Source: Cereibacter sphaeroides 2.4.1
Lineage (GTDB): Bacteria; Pseudomonadota; Alphaproteobacteria; Rhodobacterales; Rhodobacteraceae
Direction of reading: 5' to 3'
DNA length: 32,000 bases
Assembly: GCF_000012905.2 (NCBI RefSeq)
Contig: NC_007494.2
Location: forward strand, 480,001-512,000
Shown: positions 17,450-25,874 of the stretch, piece by piece
How the letters are laid out: every line of letters starts with the position of its first letter
Position numbering within the stretch: the first letter of the stretch is position 1
Translations under genes and position numbers: made by a program
Notes under the pieces: model-generated
What the model was told of the DNA's origin: nothing
Databases searched by the model: none
Seen by the model: the letters and a program-made list of their open reading frames with translations, nothing else

Positions 17450-19408
17450 ATGGCCCCCGTCCCAGCGTCCCCCGGCGCCGCTCCGATCCGGCGCGACCCC
17501 TCCGACCTGCGCGATCAGGTCTATCTGCCCTCGCTGAGGCCGCTCGCGCCCCGGACGGAGCTGCCGTCCTGCCTTTCAGGCGGCACCCTCCTGCCCCGCG
17601 ATCAGCAGGAGGCCGAGAGCTGCGCCGGTCAGGCCCTCGCGGCGCTGATCGATCTGCAGCACCAGAGCGCGGGCGCGGCCACGGCGCGCGTGTCCGCGCG
17701 GATGCTCTACCGGATGGCGCTGGTGCAGGACGGAAGCGCGGGCGGCGGGGTGGCCTCGCTCCGCTCCGTGCTGAAGGGCTTCTACCATTACGGCGTCTGC
17801 CCCGAGAGCCTCTGGCCCGACGGGAGCGGTTCGGATGCGCTGACCGCCGAACGGGCGAAGGCCGCGCGCGGCGTGACGCTCGGCGCCTACTATCGCGTGC
17901 TGCCCGGCCTGAACGACTGGCATGCGGCGCTGACCGATGTCGGCGCGCTCCTGGTTTCGGCCGAGATCCACGAGGGCTGGGACTGCCCCTTCGATCCGCA
18001 AAAGCCCCGCGACCGGCAGGGCCTCATAGTGCCCGTGCGCAGCGGCGGCACCGGCCACGCCTTCCTTGTGGTGGGCTATACCGAGGCGGGCTTTCTGGTC
18101 CTGAACTCCTGGGGAGCTGCCTGGGGCGGTTACGACGGGCGGCCCGGGATCGCGCTCTGGCCCTACGAGGACTGGGCCGAGACGGTCATGGACGCCTGGG
18201 TGCTGAGGCTGGGGGTGCCCGCGCCTGCCGCCTTCGCGCAGGCGCGCGGGCTCCATGGCCTCGGCTTCGACACAGGCCCCCTCGGCGCGTCGCAGGCCGC
18301 CTGCCACCGGCTGCTGGGCCATTTCGCCCATCTCGACGACGGCCGGCATGTCGACAGCGGCAGCTACGCCTCGTCCCGCGCCTCGGTGGAGGAGACGGCC
18401 CGCTGCCTCGAGGCGCGGCCGCGCCCCGTGCTCCTGTCGGTGGCAGGCTCGCTCTTCGGCCTTCAGGCCGGCATCGCGCACGAGATCCGGCGCCGCCCGA
18501 CCGTCGAGGCCGTCGGTCTCTATCCCTACACAGTCTTCTGGTGCAACGACGCCTTCGACAGCACGAGCCTCGTGCTCGATCACCTCTTCGAGAAGGCGGT
18601 CCAGAAGGTCGGCCCCTTCGACCCGACCCTCGATGACACGATCGAGCGCGATACCGCCCCGATCGGCCGCGCCTTCTGGCGGGACGTCAAGGCCGCGGCA
18701 TGGCGCGCGGGCAGCCACCGCCGCGACGGCCGCGAGGGCGATGCCGCCCATCTCTTCGACCGGCTGGCCGCGACGGGCGCGCCGCTGCATCTCCTGACCG
18801 ACGGCGCCGGGGCGATCCTCCTCGGCCGGTATCTGCGCTCGCTGGAAGAGGGCGCTCTTCCGCCCGATGAGGCCGCCCGCAGGCAGAGGCTGCGCGAGAG
18901 GTTCTTCGCCGCCACGGCCTCGCTCACCCTCGTCACGCCGCCCCTCACGCTCGCGGCCTTCGACGAGGCCTTCGGGCCGCTTATCGACCATCTGCCCGAG
19001 GGCCGCGCGACGCTCTGGGTGCCGTCGCGGGGCCTCGATGCGAAGCTGCATGTCGGCGCGTACGCGCGCTCGATCCTGCATCTGATCTGCCACGGGTTCG
19101 AACGCGGCGAGGAGGATGGCACGGACGCGCCCACGCGGAGCTTCGTGGGCATGCCGCAGCATGTGACGGGGCTGCCCGGCCGGCTGACGCCGCGGCTTGC
19201 CAAGCTGGCCGTCTGCCGGATCGCGCAGCCCGACGCGTCCCGGCCCCGCTTCACGCAGGCCGACGTCAGCCTGAGTGCCGACTGCCACCGGCGGACACTC
19301 GACAGGATCCGGGCCATTGAGGCCCAGCGACAGGGAGGAACGGATGACGGAGAAAATCACGCTCGAGCAGCTGCAGGAGATGGCGGCCGATCCCGGAACG
19401 CGTCCTGA
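17450..19408 (+). CDS. Papain-like cysteine protease (peptidase C1 fold, residues ~15-255) fused to a ~390-aa C-terminal domain of unknown function
   Basis: From ATG 17450. Q(52)..ESC(58)AGQA supplies the oxyanion Gln plus catalytic Cys (codon 17621..17623). GH(203)AFLVVGY has the His codon at 18056..18058. LN(219)SWGAAWG has the Asn codon at 18104..18106. This is the complete papain triad context. There is no signal peptide, and I do not recognise the C-terminal 390 aa. Confidence 0.85.
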   Translation: MAPVPASPGAAPIRRDPSDLRDQVYLPSLRPLAPRTELPSCLSGGTLLPRDQQEAESCAGQALAALIDLQHQSAGAATARVSARMLYRMALVQDGSAGGGVASLRSVLKGFYHYGVCPESLWPDGSGSDALTAERAKAARGVTLGAYYRVLPGLNDWHAALTDVGALLVSAEIHEGWDCPFDPQKPRDRQGLIVPVRSGGTGHAFLVVGYTEAGFLVLNSWGAAWGGYDGRPGIALWPYEDWAETVMDAWVLRLGVPAPAAFAQARGLHGLGFDTGPLGASQAACHRLLGHFAHLDDGRHVDSGSYASSRASVEETARCLEARPRPVLLSVAGSLFGLQAGIAHEIRRRPTVEAVGLYPYTVFWCNDAFDSTSLVLDHLFEKAVQKVGPFDPTLDDTIERDTAPIGRAFWRDVKAAAWRAGSHRRDGREGDAAHLFDRLAATGAPLHLLTDGAGAILLGRYLRSLEEGALPPDEAARRQRLRERFFAATASLTLVTPPLTLAAFDEAFGPLIDHLPEGRATLWVPSRGLDAKLHVGAYARSILHLICHGFERGEEDGTDAPTRSFVGMPQHVTGLPGRLTPRLAKLAVCRIAQPDASRPRFTQADVSLSADCHRRTLDRIRAIEAQRQGGTDDGENHARAAAGDGGRSRNAS

Positions 19409-21209
19409 GGATCTCGCCCCCTATTTCCGCACGCGAGATGCGGCCTCGCCGTTCGATCCGCAGATCGAGATCGACGAGACGCGGGTCATGGTGCCCGACA
19501 CGGCCGAGGCGGCCAGCCGCTCGGCGCTCGTGCTCAACAGCGCCAACTGGATCGAGCGGATGAAGCGGCAGACGCGCTTTCACCGCCGCCTGTCGGAAGG
19601 CAACTACACCGGCCCGATCATCGTCGAGGAGGGCGACAGCTGGTTCCAGTATCCGCTCCTGCTGCGCGACGTGATCGACGTGCTGATGGACCGCTATGCC
19701 ATCTTCTCGCTGAGCGCCGGCGGCGACACGCTGGAAAACATGGCGACAGGGGCGCAGTATCGGAAGGCGCTGGAAGAGACGCAGGCCAGCATCCTGCTCC
19801 TGTCAGGGGGCGGCAACGACCTTGTGGCCGACGGGCAGCTGGCCGACCATCTGCGCCCCTTCGATCCGAACCTCCGCCCCGCCGACTATCTGCTCGGCAG
19901 CTTCGACCAGCTGATCGCCCGGTCGATGGCGCTCTACGACCGCATCTTCGCCGATGTGGCGCGCCGCTTTCCGAAGGTCGATGTGATCTGCCACGGTTAC
20001 GACTACACCCTGCCCCGCATCCGCGGAAAGTGGCTGGGCCAGCCCATGCAGGCGCGCGGCATTGCGGATCCGGCCCTGCAGGCCTCCATCGCCGTGGTCA
20101 TGGTCGACCGGCTGAATGCCGAGCTGGCCCGCCTCGCCCGCCGGCATCCGCGGGTGCATCACCTCGACCTGCGCGGCCGCGTGGAGCGCGATCACTGGAA
20201 CGACGAGCTCCATCCCGACGACAGCGGCTATGCCGCGGTCGCCGCCGTCTTTGCCGAACGGATCGACGCTCTGACGCGCCGCCCGCGCGGGGTCCCGCGC
20301 GGCGCGGCGGCAGGCGGCCCGGCGCCGGAGGCCGCGCCCGCCCTCGTCCAGCCGCGCCCGATGGCCCTCTCGCTTCATGTGGGGGTGAACAGGGTCGATC
20401 AGGCGCATTACCGCAACTTCGTGCAGGATCTCGAATTCTGCGTGAACGATGCCGAGGCGATGCGGGATCTGGCGGTCCAGCGCGGCTACGAGACCCGCTT
20501 GCTGACGGACGCTCAGGCCACGCGCGAGGCGCTGCGCGGGGCGATGACCGATGCGGCGCAGCAACTGGAACCGGGCGGGATCTTCCTGATGAGCTATGCC
20601 GGGCACGGTGCCCAGATCGGCGACTTCAACGGCGACGAGGGCGACGGCCCGGACCGGGACCGGCTGGACGAGACGCTCTGCCTGCACGACGCCATGCTCG
20701 TCGATGACGAGCTCTACCAGCTGTGGGCCGCCTTCCGCGAAGGCGTGCGGGTGGTGGCGGTCTTCGATTCCTGCCATTCGGGCAGCATCCTCCGGGCGAG
20801 CGCCAATCGCCGCACCGACCGTGCCGGCCGCACGGGCCGCGTGCGCACCATCTCGCTTGGGGCGAGCGTCCAGATCTACCGCGCGAACCGCGCCTTCTAC
20901 GACGGGTTGCCCTCCTCGATCCTGCCCTCCGACAGCGCGGTCCTGACCAAGGAGCTCACCTATCCCGTCAGCGCCTCCATCCTCCAGATCTCGGCCTGCC
21001 AGTCGAACCAGACCGCCGAGGAGGCCTTCGGCAACGGGCTCTTCACCGAGCGGCTGATGGCCACTCTGGCCGAGGGCAGCGGCCGGCTGGGCTACAGCGG
21101 CTTCACCGACCGGATTGCGGCGCGGATGCCGCCCGAGCAGACGCCGAAGTTCTGGCGCGTGGGGCGGCCCGATCCGGTCTTCGAGGCGCAGACCGTCTTC
21201 TCCGTCTGA
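19344..21209 (+). CDS. Fusion protein: N-terminal SGNH/GDSL hydrolase domain + C-terminal caspase-like (peptidase C14) domain
   Basis: ATG 19344 with strong SD GGGAGGAA.
- SGNH blocks: VEEGDSWF (Ser99, codon 19638..19640), LLSGGGNDL, and DELHPDD (Asp287/His290).
- Caspase dyad: LMSYAGHGAQ (His421, codon 20604..20606) and VAVFDSCHSGS (Cys477, codon 20772..20774), plus LSLHVGVNRVD...CVNDAEAM at the domain start.
The gene overlaps the upstream gene by 65 nt. Confidence 0.85.
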   Translation: MTEKITLEQLQEMAADPGTRPEDLAPYFRTRDAASPFDPQIEIDETRVMVPDTAEAASRSALVLNSANWIERMKRQTRFHRRLSEGNYTGPIIVEEGDSWFQYPLLLRDVIDVLMDRYAIFSLSAGGDTLENMATGAQYRKALEETQASILLLSGGGNDLVADGQLADHLRPFDPNLRPADYLLGSFDQLIARSMALYDRIFADVARRFPKVDVICHGYDYTLPRIRGKWLGQPMQARGIADPALQASIAVVMVDRLNAELARLARRHPRVHHLDLRGRVERDHWNDELHPDDSGYAAVAAVFAERIDALTRRPRGVPRGAAAGGPAPEAAPALVQPRPMALSLHVGVNRVDQAHYRNFVQDLEFCVNDAEAMRDLAVQRGYETRLLTDAQATREALRGAMTDAAQQLEPGGIFLMSYAGHGAQIGDFNGDEGDGPDRDRLDETLCLHDAMLVDDELYQLWAAFREGVRVVAVFDSCHSGSILRASANRRTDRAGRTGRVRTISLGASVQIYRANRAFYDGLPSSILPSDSAVLTKELTYPVSASILQISACQSNQTAEEAFGNGLFTERLMATLAEGSGRLGYSGFTDRIAARMPPEQTPKFWRVGRPDPVFEAQTVFSV

Positions 21210-21296
21210 AGCCGCCCCTCCGTCCCCCCGCGGCGCAGATCGCCATTCGCCCCGCGCGCGGCGCGTGCTAGCTCCGGGGCAACGGAAGGGGCGGTG

Positions 21297-21959
21297 ATGC
21301 GGATTCTGATCGTCGAGGATGATCCGGTGCTGGCGGACGGGCTGCAGGTGGGCCTCCGGCTGGCGGGCTTCGTGCCCGAAGCGGTGGGCACGCTGGAGGA
21401 TGCGCGCGCGGCGCTGGATGCCGGCCGGTTCGAGGCGATGGTGCTCGACCTGATGCTGCCCGACGGCTCGGGGCTCGAGCTTCTCGCCGAGCTTCGGGCC
21501 GCGCGCGAGGCGGTGCCGGTGCTGGTGCTGACGGCGCGCGACCGGCTCGACGACCGGGTGCGGGGGCTGGATCTCGGCGCGGACGACTATCTTGGCAAGC
21601 CCTTCGAGCTAGAGGAGCTGGCGGCCCGCCTGCGCGCCCTCGGCCGCCGCCCCGCGGCGCTGGCCACCACCCGGCCCGAATGGAACGGCGTGGCCCTCGA
21701 CCTCGCGGCGATGGAGGCCTCGCGCGATGGCCGGCCCGTGGCGCTCTCGCCGCGGGAGTTCGCGGTCCTCCGCGCCCTCATGGCCCACCCCCGCGCGATC
21801 CTGAGCAAGGCCCAGATCGAGGAGCAGCTCTACGGCTGGCAGGAGGAGATCGAGAGCAACGCGATCGAGGTCCATGTCCACAAGCTGCGTGCCAAGCTCG
21901 GGCACGGCTTCATCGAGACGGTGCGCGGCGTGGGCTATCGGCTGGCGGAGGCCTCGTGA
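21297..21959 (+). CDS. OmpR/PhoB-family response regulator (QseB/BasR-like)
   Basis: MRILIVEDDPVLADGL...MVLDLMLPDGSGLELL...VLVLTARD...GADDYLGKPF is the receiver domain. The winged-helix C-terminus is ...LSPREFAVLRALM...IEVHVHKLRAKLG...IETVRGVGYRL. ATG 21297 (GTG at 21294 also possible) follows GGAAGGGG. Confidence 0.92.
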   Translation: MRILIVEDDPVLADGLQVGLRLAGFVPEAVGTLEDARAALDAGRFEAMVLDLMLPDGSGLELLAELRAAREAVPVLVLTARDRLDDRVRGLDLGADDYLGKPFELEELAARLRALGRRPAALATTRPEWNGVALDLAAMEASRDGRPVALSPREFAVLRALMAHPRAILSKAQIEEQLYGWQEEIESNAIEVHVHKLRAKLGHGFIETVRGVGYRLAEAS

Positions 21960-23308
21960 GTTCGATCCAGCGCCGCCTGTTTCTCGTCCTTCTCGCCGCC
22001 ACCGGAGCGATCTGGCTCTCGGCCGCGCTCTGGGTCCATTCCTCGACGCGGACCGAGCTGAACCGGATGCTGGACAACCGGCTGGCCGAGGCCGCGCGCA
22101 TGGTGGGCAGCCTCGTCGACGGCGACGGGCTGCCGCTCGACACGGCGATGCAGATGGCGGCCCCCGCCCTGCCCGGCGACACGGCCCACGGCTACGCCCA
22201 CCAGCTCTCCTGTCAGGTCTGGGGACTGGACGGCACGCGGATCGCCGCCTCGTCGCAGGCCCCGGCCGAGGCGCTCTCGACCGTCCCGCAGGGCTTCAGC
22301 GAGCACGCGGCCGAGGGCATCGTCTGGCGAGTCTACACCCATTTGGACGAAGCGCGCGGCATCCGCGTGATGGTGGGCGACAGCCTGCGCATGCGCGAGC
22401 GGCTGCTGCACGACATGGTGCTGGGGCTCATGTGGCCTGCGCTCGTGGTGCTGCCGCTTCTCGCCGGCGCGATCTGGCTCAGCCTGCGCAGCGGCCTTGC
22501 GCCGCTCCGGCGCATCACCCGCGAACTCGCGCATCGCGGGGCCGACGATCTTTCGCCCCTCCATGCGCCCGCGCCGGGCGAGGTGGCGCCGGTGGTCGAG
22601 GCGCTGAACGGGCTCTTCCGCCGGGTGCAGGCGGCGCGCCAGCATGAGCAGGATTTCACGGCCTATGCCGCGCACGAGTTGAAGACCCCGCTCGCGGGCC
22701 TGAAGATGCAGGCCGAGGTGGCGAGGCGGGCGCCGGATGCCGCAACGCGCGACCATGCGCTGGCCCAGATCCGGCGCGCGGTCGACCGGTCGGACCGGCT
22801 GGTGCACCAGCTCCTCGACATGGCGGCGGTGGATCAGGGCGCGGCCGAGAGCCCGCCCCGCCCGCTCGGCCGGATCGGCGCCGAGGTGCTGGAGCTGACC
22901 CTGCCCGCCGCCCGGGCGCGCGACGTGCGGCTGACGCTCGACTGCGCGCCGGCCCTCGCCGACCGGCCGCAGCGCGATCCTGCCCTTCTGGTGGTGGCCC
23001 TGCGCAACCTCGTCGAGAATGCGGTCCATGCCAGCGCCGAGGGCGGGCGGGTGGAGCTGGCCTTCCGGCCCGACGGGGCGGGCTGGCGGGCCGAGATCCG
23101 CGACGAGGGCCCCGGCATTCCTCAGGACATCCGGGGACGGATCACCGAACGCTTCTACCGCGGCCCCACCGGCGGCGAGGGCAGCGGCCTCGGACTGGCC
23201 ATCGTCGAGGCGGCGGCCCGGCGGCTCGGGGCGCAGTTCGCGCTCCGCCCGCAGAGCCCGCGCGGCGAGGTGGCGACCCTGCTCTTTCCCGCTTCCGATC
23301 TCGCCTGA
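21956..23308 (+). CDS. Sensor histidine kinase (QseC/BasS-like, two TM helices, HisKA + HATPase_c)
   Basis: GTG 21956 forms a GTGA overlap with the regulator stop. TM1 is RRLFLVLLAATGAIWLSAALWV and TM2 is LGLMWPALVVLPLLAGAIWLSL. H-box FTAYAAHELKTPLAGL, N-box LRNLVENAVHAS, G-boxes RDEGPGIP and GSGLGLAIV. Confidence 0.9.
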   Translation: MSSIQRRLFLVLLAATGAIWLSAALWVHSSTRTELNRMLDNRLAEAARMVGSLVDGDGLPLDTAMQMAAPALPGDTAHGYAHQLSCQVWGLDGTRIAASSQAPAEALSTVPQGFSEHAAEGIVWRVYTHLDEARGIRVMVGDSLRMRERLLHDMVLGLMWPALVVLPLLAGAIWLSLRSGLAPLRRITRELAHRGADDLSPLHAPAPGEVAPVVEALNGLFRRVQAARQHEQDFTAYAAHELKTPLAGLKMQAEVARRAPDAATRDHALAQIRRAVDRSDRLVHQLLDMAAVDQGAAESPPRPLGRIGAEVLELTLPAARARDVRLTLDCAPALADRPQRDPALLVVALRNLVENAVHASAEGGRVELAFRPDGAGWRAEIRDEGPGIPQDIRGRITERFYRGPTGGEGSGLGLAIVEAAARRLGAQFALRPQSPRGEVATLLFPASDLA

Positions 23309-23485
23309 GCCGAGAGTGCGCCCTGCTGCCGCACCGCTTCGGCCGTTTCCCGGTCGGCCGGACAGGCCCTCCATCCGAAAGATCCTGTAAATCCGTCCGA
23401 TGGATGATGCCCGCCACCGGCGCCAAGGTCTATGGGTTCCGCAGTGGCTTCCGGCGCAGCAACCATGCGCGAAAGGGATGGATGT

Positions 23486-25045
23486 ATGAGGGTGACGATC
23501 AGAACCAAACTGGCCGCGGCATTCACCGTGGTTTTCGTCATGGCGGGGTTGGCGGTGGCGCTCGCCCTGGTCCAACTGGGGCGTGTCGACCAGCGCATGA
23601 CCGAGGTCATCGACGAGCATGTGCAGGAGGTGGTGCTCGCCCAGCGGCTCAGCATCGGGCAGTATCGCGTGATGGCCAGCATCCGCGCGCATCTGCTCGA
23701 CCGGGACTCGGACTCCGCGATCCAGATCGAGACGAGCGTGCAGGAGGGCCGGATGATCCAGCGCCGCGCCCTGCGTGCCCTGCGCGACAGACCGCAGGAT
23801 GCGGCGACAGCCGATCTCCTGATCCGCTACAACGATCTCAGGAAGCAGATCCAGCGGGTGAACAACCGCGCCATGATCCTGTCGCTCGGGGGCAACCCGC
23901 AGGGCGCGGCCGCCTTCCTCCGCGAGGCGGGCGCGGCCGGCCTCGAACGGTCGCTCGAGGGCCTGTCCGAAGATCTGGTAACCCACAAGCTCGAGCTTCT
24001 CGAGCGTGAGAAGGCCGAGGCGAATGCCGAAGGGCGCTCCGTGCTGGCGCTCGTGATGCTGATCGGGGCCCTGTCCGCAGTCGTGGGCTCGGCAGCGGCG
24101 ATCTGGATCACGCTCTCGATCGGCCGCGGGCTTCGCCGGGCCCTCGCACTCACGCGGCGGGTCGCGGCCGGCGACCTCACGGAGGGCGAAGAGGTCAAGG
24201 GACGCGACGAGATCGCCGATCTGCTCGGTGCCAGCAACCGGATGCTCGAGAAGCTGCGCGAGGTGATGGACGAAGTGTCGGGCACCGCCCGCGATGTGGC
24301 GGCGGCGAGCGGCCGGATGGCCACGGCCGCCGGGCAGCTCAAGTCCGGCACGGAAGAGCAGGCCTCGGCCACAGTCGAGGCCTCGGCCGCGGTCGAGCAG
24401 ATGGTGGGCAACATCACCCAGTCCGAGAGCAATGCCGGCGTCACCGCGCAGATCGCGGGCTCCTCGGCGGACGATGCGCGGCGCTGCGGCGTGGCGGTGG
24501 CCGAGGCCGTGCGGTCGATGCAGGAGATCGCCGAGCGGATCGGCGTGGTCCGCGAGATCGCCCGGCAGACCGACCTTCTGGCGCTGAATGCGGCCGTCGA
24601 GGCCGCGCGGGCGGGTGAGCAGGGACGCGGCTTTGCCGTCGTCGCGGCCGAGGTGCGGCGGCTCGCCGAACGCAGCGCCGAGGCCGCGGCCGAGATCTCG
24701 ACCCTCTCCGCCGGGACGGCGCGGGCCGCGGCCGGGGCCGGCGAGATGATCGACCGGCTGGTGCCCGAGATCGAGCGCACGTCGGAGCTCGTCACCGACA
24801 TCTCGGTCGCCTCGCGCGAGCTGTCCGAGGGCGCGCGGCAGGTCTCGCTCGCCATCGATGCGCTCGACCGGGTGACGCAGCAGACCGATGCGGCCTCGAA
24901 GCTGCTCGACGAGGATGCGGAGGATCTGGCGGCGCGGGCCCGGCGGCTTCTGACCAGCGCGACCTACTTCCGCACCGGACCCGCGACCGAAGGCGGTGAG
25001 GCAGAAGAGGCCGCGGCCCCCGAGGACTGGCGCGCCGTGGCCTGA
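23486..25045 (+). CDS. Methyl-accepting chemotaxis protein (paralogue of 8606..10180)
   Basis: From ATG 23486: [31 protein letters not shown] (TM1). TM2/HAMP: [54 protein letters not shown] hairpin: [40 protein letters not shown]. An alternative ATG lies at 23465. Confidence 0.9.
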   Translation: MRVTIRTKLAAAFTVVFVMAGLAVALALVQLGRVDQRMTEVIDEHVQEVVLAQRLSIGQYRVMASIRAHLLDRDSDSAIQIETSVQEGRMIQRRALRALRDRPQDAATADLLIRYNDLRKQIQRVNNRAMILSLGGNPQGAAAFLREAGAAGLERSLEGLSEDLVTHKLELLEREKAEANAEGRSVLALVMLIGALSAVVGSAAAIWITLSIGRGLRRALALTRRVAAGDLTEGEEVKGRDEIADLLGASNRMLEKLREVMDEVSGTARDVAAASGRMATAAGQLKSGTEEQASATVEASAAVEQMVGNITQSESNAGVTAQIAGSSADDARRCGVAVAEAVRSMQEIAERIGVVREIARQTDLLALNAAVEAARAGEQGRGFAVVAAEVRRLAERSAEAAAEISTLSAGTARAAAGAGEMIDRLVPEIERTSELVTDISVASRELSEGARQVSLAIDALDRVTQQTDAASKLLDEDAEDLAARARRLLTSATYFRTGPATEGGEAEEAAAPEDWRAVA

Positions 25046-25109
25046 CCCGCGCCGTTGTCGTGGGGGGCGGGCGCGGCTAGGCTTGCGGCAAGTCTCAGGA
25101 GAGCGCCGC

Positions 25110-25583
25110 ATGATCCGCACGACCATCACCCTCGACGAGGAACTCGCCGCCGAGATCGACGCCCATGTGGCGCGCTCGGCGGTGCCGAACCGCTCGGAGG
25201 CGATCCGCGATCTGGTGCGCCGCGGGCTGGCGGCCGGGCCCGCGAAACCTGCCGACACGCTCTGCATCGGCGTGATCTCCTGCGCGATGGAGCAGACCCT
25301 GCCCGAGCTTTCGCGCCGGGTGCGGGAGGCGCGTCTGGCCCGGCACGACGAGATCCGCTTCGTCACCAGCGTGCCCCTCAATCACCGCGAGACGATCGAC
25401 CTCATCGTCCTGCAGGCCAGCGTCTCGCGGATCGAGGATCTTGCGGCCCGGCTCTCGCTCGAGCGCGGGGTGCGCCATGCCACGGTCGGGCTGATCCCGA
25501 TCGAGGAGGAGGTCCAGATCCACGCGCATGACGACGAGGAGCCGCACAGCCACAGCCACCTGCGGGTGCAGCAGAACTTCTGA
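25110..25583 (+). CDS. NikR-family (ribbon-helix-helix + ACT-like domain) transcriptional regulator, atypical metal site
   Basis: ATG 25110 with SD CAGGAGAG. MIRTTITLDEELAAEIDAHVARSAVPNRSEAIRDLVRRGL is the RHH/CopG motif, close to NikR MQRVTITLDDDL...NRSEAIRDILR. The C-terminal domain contains ...ERGVRHATVGLIP (NikR has QRGVRHGHLQCLP). The tail HAHDDEEPHSHSH is His-rich. Confidence 0.8.
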   Translation: MIRTTITLDEELAAEIDAHVARSAVPNRSEAIRDLVRRGLAAGPAKPADTLCIGVISCAMEQTLPELSRRVREARLARHDEIRFVTSVPLNHRETIDLIVLQASVSRIEDLAARLSLERGVRHATVGLIPIEEEVQIHAHDDEEPHSHSHLRVQQNF

Positions 25584-25874
25584 TCCCCGGCGGGTCCCGC
25601 CCGTCCGTCGGCAGGTTTACGGGTCGCCTCGCCCGGGTGACCTGCACCCTGCCCTTCGGAAGGGGCGACCTCACCGCCCGGAAGGACCGGTAATGGCCGA
25701 GGTGCGCTCTCCCCGGCCCCGCCAGCGCTGGGGATCCGGCCCTGCTCAGACACCGATGCCGAGGTCGACCCGATCTTCCCCGAGGCTTCCGGCAGGGCGT
25801 AAGCCGGGACGTCCCGTCGCCCGAGCCGGTGCGGGGCCTTCCCGCTCCGAGGCGGGGCGCGTCTTCGCGCCGCC

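Noticed and set aside
25047-25076. CCGCGCC...GGCGCGG inverted repeat after the second MCP, considered as a rho-independent terminator
   Set aside because: The 16-nt loop and the lack of a following U-run make it unconvincing. The nikR-like gene starts only ~35 nt later and may be co-transcribed.
21935-25381. 1148-aa ORF on the minus strand, the longest ORF in the window
   Set aside because: - It runs antisense to the well-supported histidine kinase and MCP genes.
- Its translation is dominated by Arg/Gly/Pro/Ala with no recognisable motifs.
- This is the typical stop-codon-poor antisense frame of very GC-rich DNA.
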